A stretch of 25,266 nucleotides of DNA, from positions 1 through 25,266 of IMG/VR virus record IMGVR_UViG_3300030708_000031; one strand, given 5' to 3'. The notes under the pieces were generated by a model. That model saw nothing but the letters and a program-made list of their open reading frames with translations, was not told where the DNA came from and searched no databases. This DNA comes from a virus. Taxonomy: Duplodnaviria > Caudoviricetes. Both the position numbers and the translations under genes were made by a program. Below, piece by piece: positions 24,202 through 25,266 of this stretch (position 1 is its first letter; each line of letters starts with the position of its first letter).

Positions 24202-25266
24202 CTACACTGCTCTCATATAATCTTTTCTGTTCAGTAACTCTACTCTCATACGCTTCAATCCATCTTCATATTCTTTTAGTGCAAACTGCGCTGTTTGTAC
24301 GTCTGAGCGAAACATATTAGTGTAGTATTTTGCACGAGCATGAATTACGGGTTCAAACCGTGTGGGTATGATTGATGTATCTGTAGCAGCAGATAAGTCT
24401 GTATTTGCTATGTAGAAATCAAACTTAAGCGTTCGATTGCTGTCTTTAGGTATTGGACTAATACCAATCTCATCATTGTAAGTTGTATAAACGTACTCAG
24501 GAGATGCAAACTTATCTGTATTTATGGCAGCGTCTCTCTCTCTGAATTTTTCAGTATATTCTTCAAACGATATGTATTTAAGAGCAATGGATTCTACATC
24601 TTTTTCGCTAAGTTCTACAAGTTTGACAAACGCAGCATTGCCTGATGCCTCTGTGAAACTAACGTAATGGGTAGTCGCTGTAGCTGTAAATTCTAATCGA
24701 GAAAGTAAAACTTCATTCGCACTACTTATGGTAAGTGTAGAAGATGCTGTTTGCGAACCACCAGAAGAAGTTCCAATTTCTAAAGTGAGAGTTGCTCCAC
24801 TTGTTTGCACCAGCACAACGTACTTACGGCCTACTATTAAATCTGTAACTTCTTGCGAGGCTTCAGCGTTAGTAAGAAGAAGTGTATTACCAAACTTGGA
24901 ACTAGCGGCAGGTGACCCGCTTACAGTTGTCCAGCCAGATATACTTGCAGACCCACTGGATTCGTACGTACCGTTTGTTATAAAGTTTTTAGGACGCAGA
25001 AATACGTTATCATAGTCTACATATTTCAACGTAGAACTAATTGATGAGTAGCTGTATAGCCCCTTACCTGCTATGACATCAATCGACCCTTCAGAACGAG
25101 TGAAGGGCCAGTTTAGTTCAGAATTAAGTATGTCAGATATGCTTCTATTTATGTAATCTTTTACTGTGGTCTGCACACCACGAGAAGACGTGAAGGTTGA
25201 ACTAGTAAGTTCTACTTCATTCATATCGCGTAACACGTTGTTTACCAATGTCAGATATGTACTAGC
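24202..25266 (-). CDS. Head-tail adaptor / tubular protein A-like with an inserted carbohydrate-binding-like domain (start codon just outside the window)
   Basis: The frame stays open to the window edge: ASTYLTLVNNVLRDMNE..., a typical adaptor N-terminus. NWPF motif and a C-terminal IPTRFEPVI helical part. Confidence 0.75.
   Translation of the reverse strand, partial: ASTYLTLVNNVLRDMNEVELTSSTFTSSRGVQTTVKDYINRSISDILNSELNWPFTRSEGSIDVIAGKGLYSYSSISSTLKYVDYDNVFLRPKNFITNGTYESSGSASISGWTTVSGSPAASSKFGNTLLLTNAEASQEVTDLIVGRKYVVLVQTSGATLTLEIGTSSGGSQTASSTLTISSANEVLLSRLEFTATATTHYVSFTEASGNAAFVKLVELSEKDVESIALKYISFEEYTEKFRERDAAINTDKFASPEYVYTTYNDEIGISPIPKDSNRTLKFDFYIANTDLSAATDTSIIPTRFEPVIHARAKYYTNMFRSDVQTAQFALKEYEDGLKRMRVELLNRKDYMRAV

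Noticed and set aside
7531-25015. Numerous + strand ORFs opposite the structural genes (e.g. 13667-14128, 16925-17461, 20785-21246)
   Set aside because: Antisense shadows with Ser/Val/Pro-rich composition and no independent support.
1-25266. CRISPR array, tRNA, integrase/att site, intron or intein
   Set aside because: There are no regularly spaced repeats and no intergenic room, and the polymerase fragment and RNR are uninterrupted and of normal length.

Overview
This window is a gene-dense piece of a lytic, podovirus-like marine phage genome. By motifs and gene order it most resembles the HMO-2011-type/Cobavirus-like phages of marine Alphaproteobacteria (inferred, not searched). The + strand arm (1-6744) encodes replication and nucleotide metabolism: the family A DNA polymerase C-terminus, a probable SSB, a Cas4/AddB-like exonuclease, a T7 endonuclease I-like resolvase, MazG, DUF3310, an unlisted 52-aa Zn-ribbon protein, a class II (B12-dependent) ribonucleotide reductase, a PD-(D/E)xK-like protein and small unknowns. 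The - strand arm (25266 to 6728) encodes tail and virion proteins: adaptor, nozzle, tail fibre, a lectin/SPRY-like receptor-binding protein, a fibre chaperone, several probable ejection proteins and a small basic repeat protein. The two arms converge with overlapping stop regions. I saw no tRNA, rRNA, CRISPR array, integrase or transposase. The most notable observations are (1) a basic polyprotein-like gene with repeated Phi-x-x-G-G / M-x-G-G motifs resembling adenain-type cleavage sites, (2) no GATC found in 25 kb alongside clear GTAC enrichment, (3) a sigma70-like promoter with a dyad over its -35 box inside the end of the polymerase gene, and (4) accessory domains inserted into core tail proteins.
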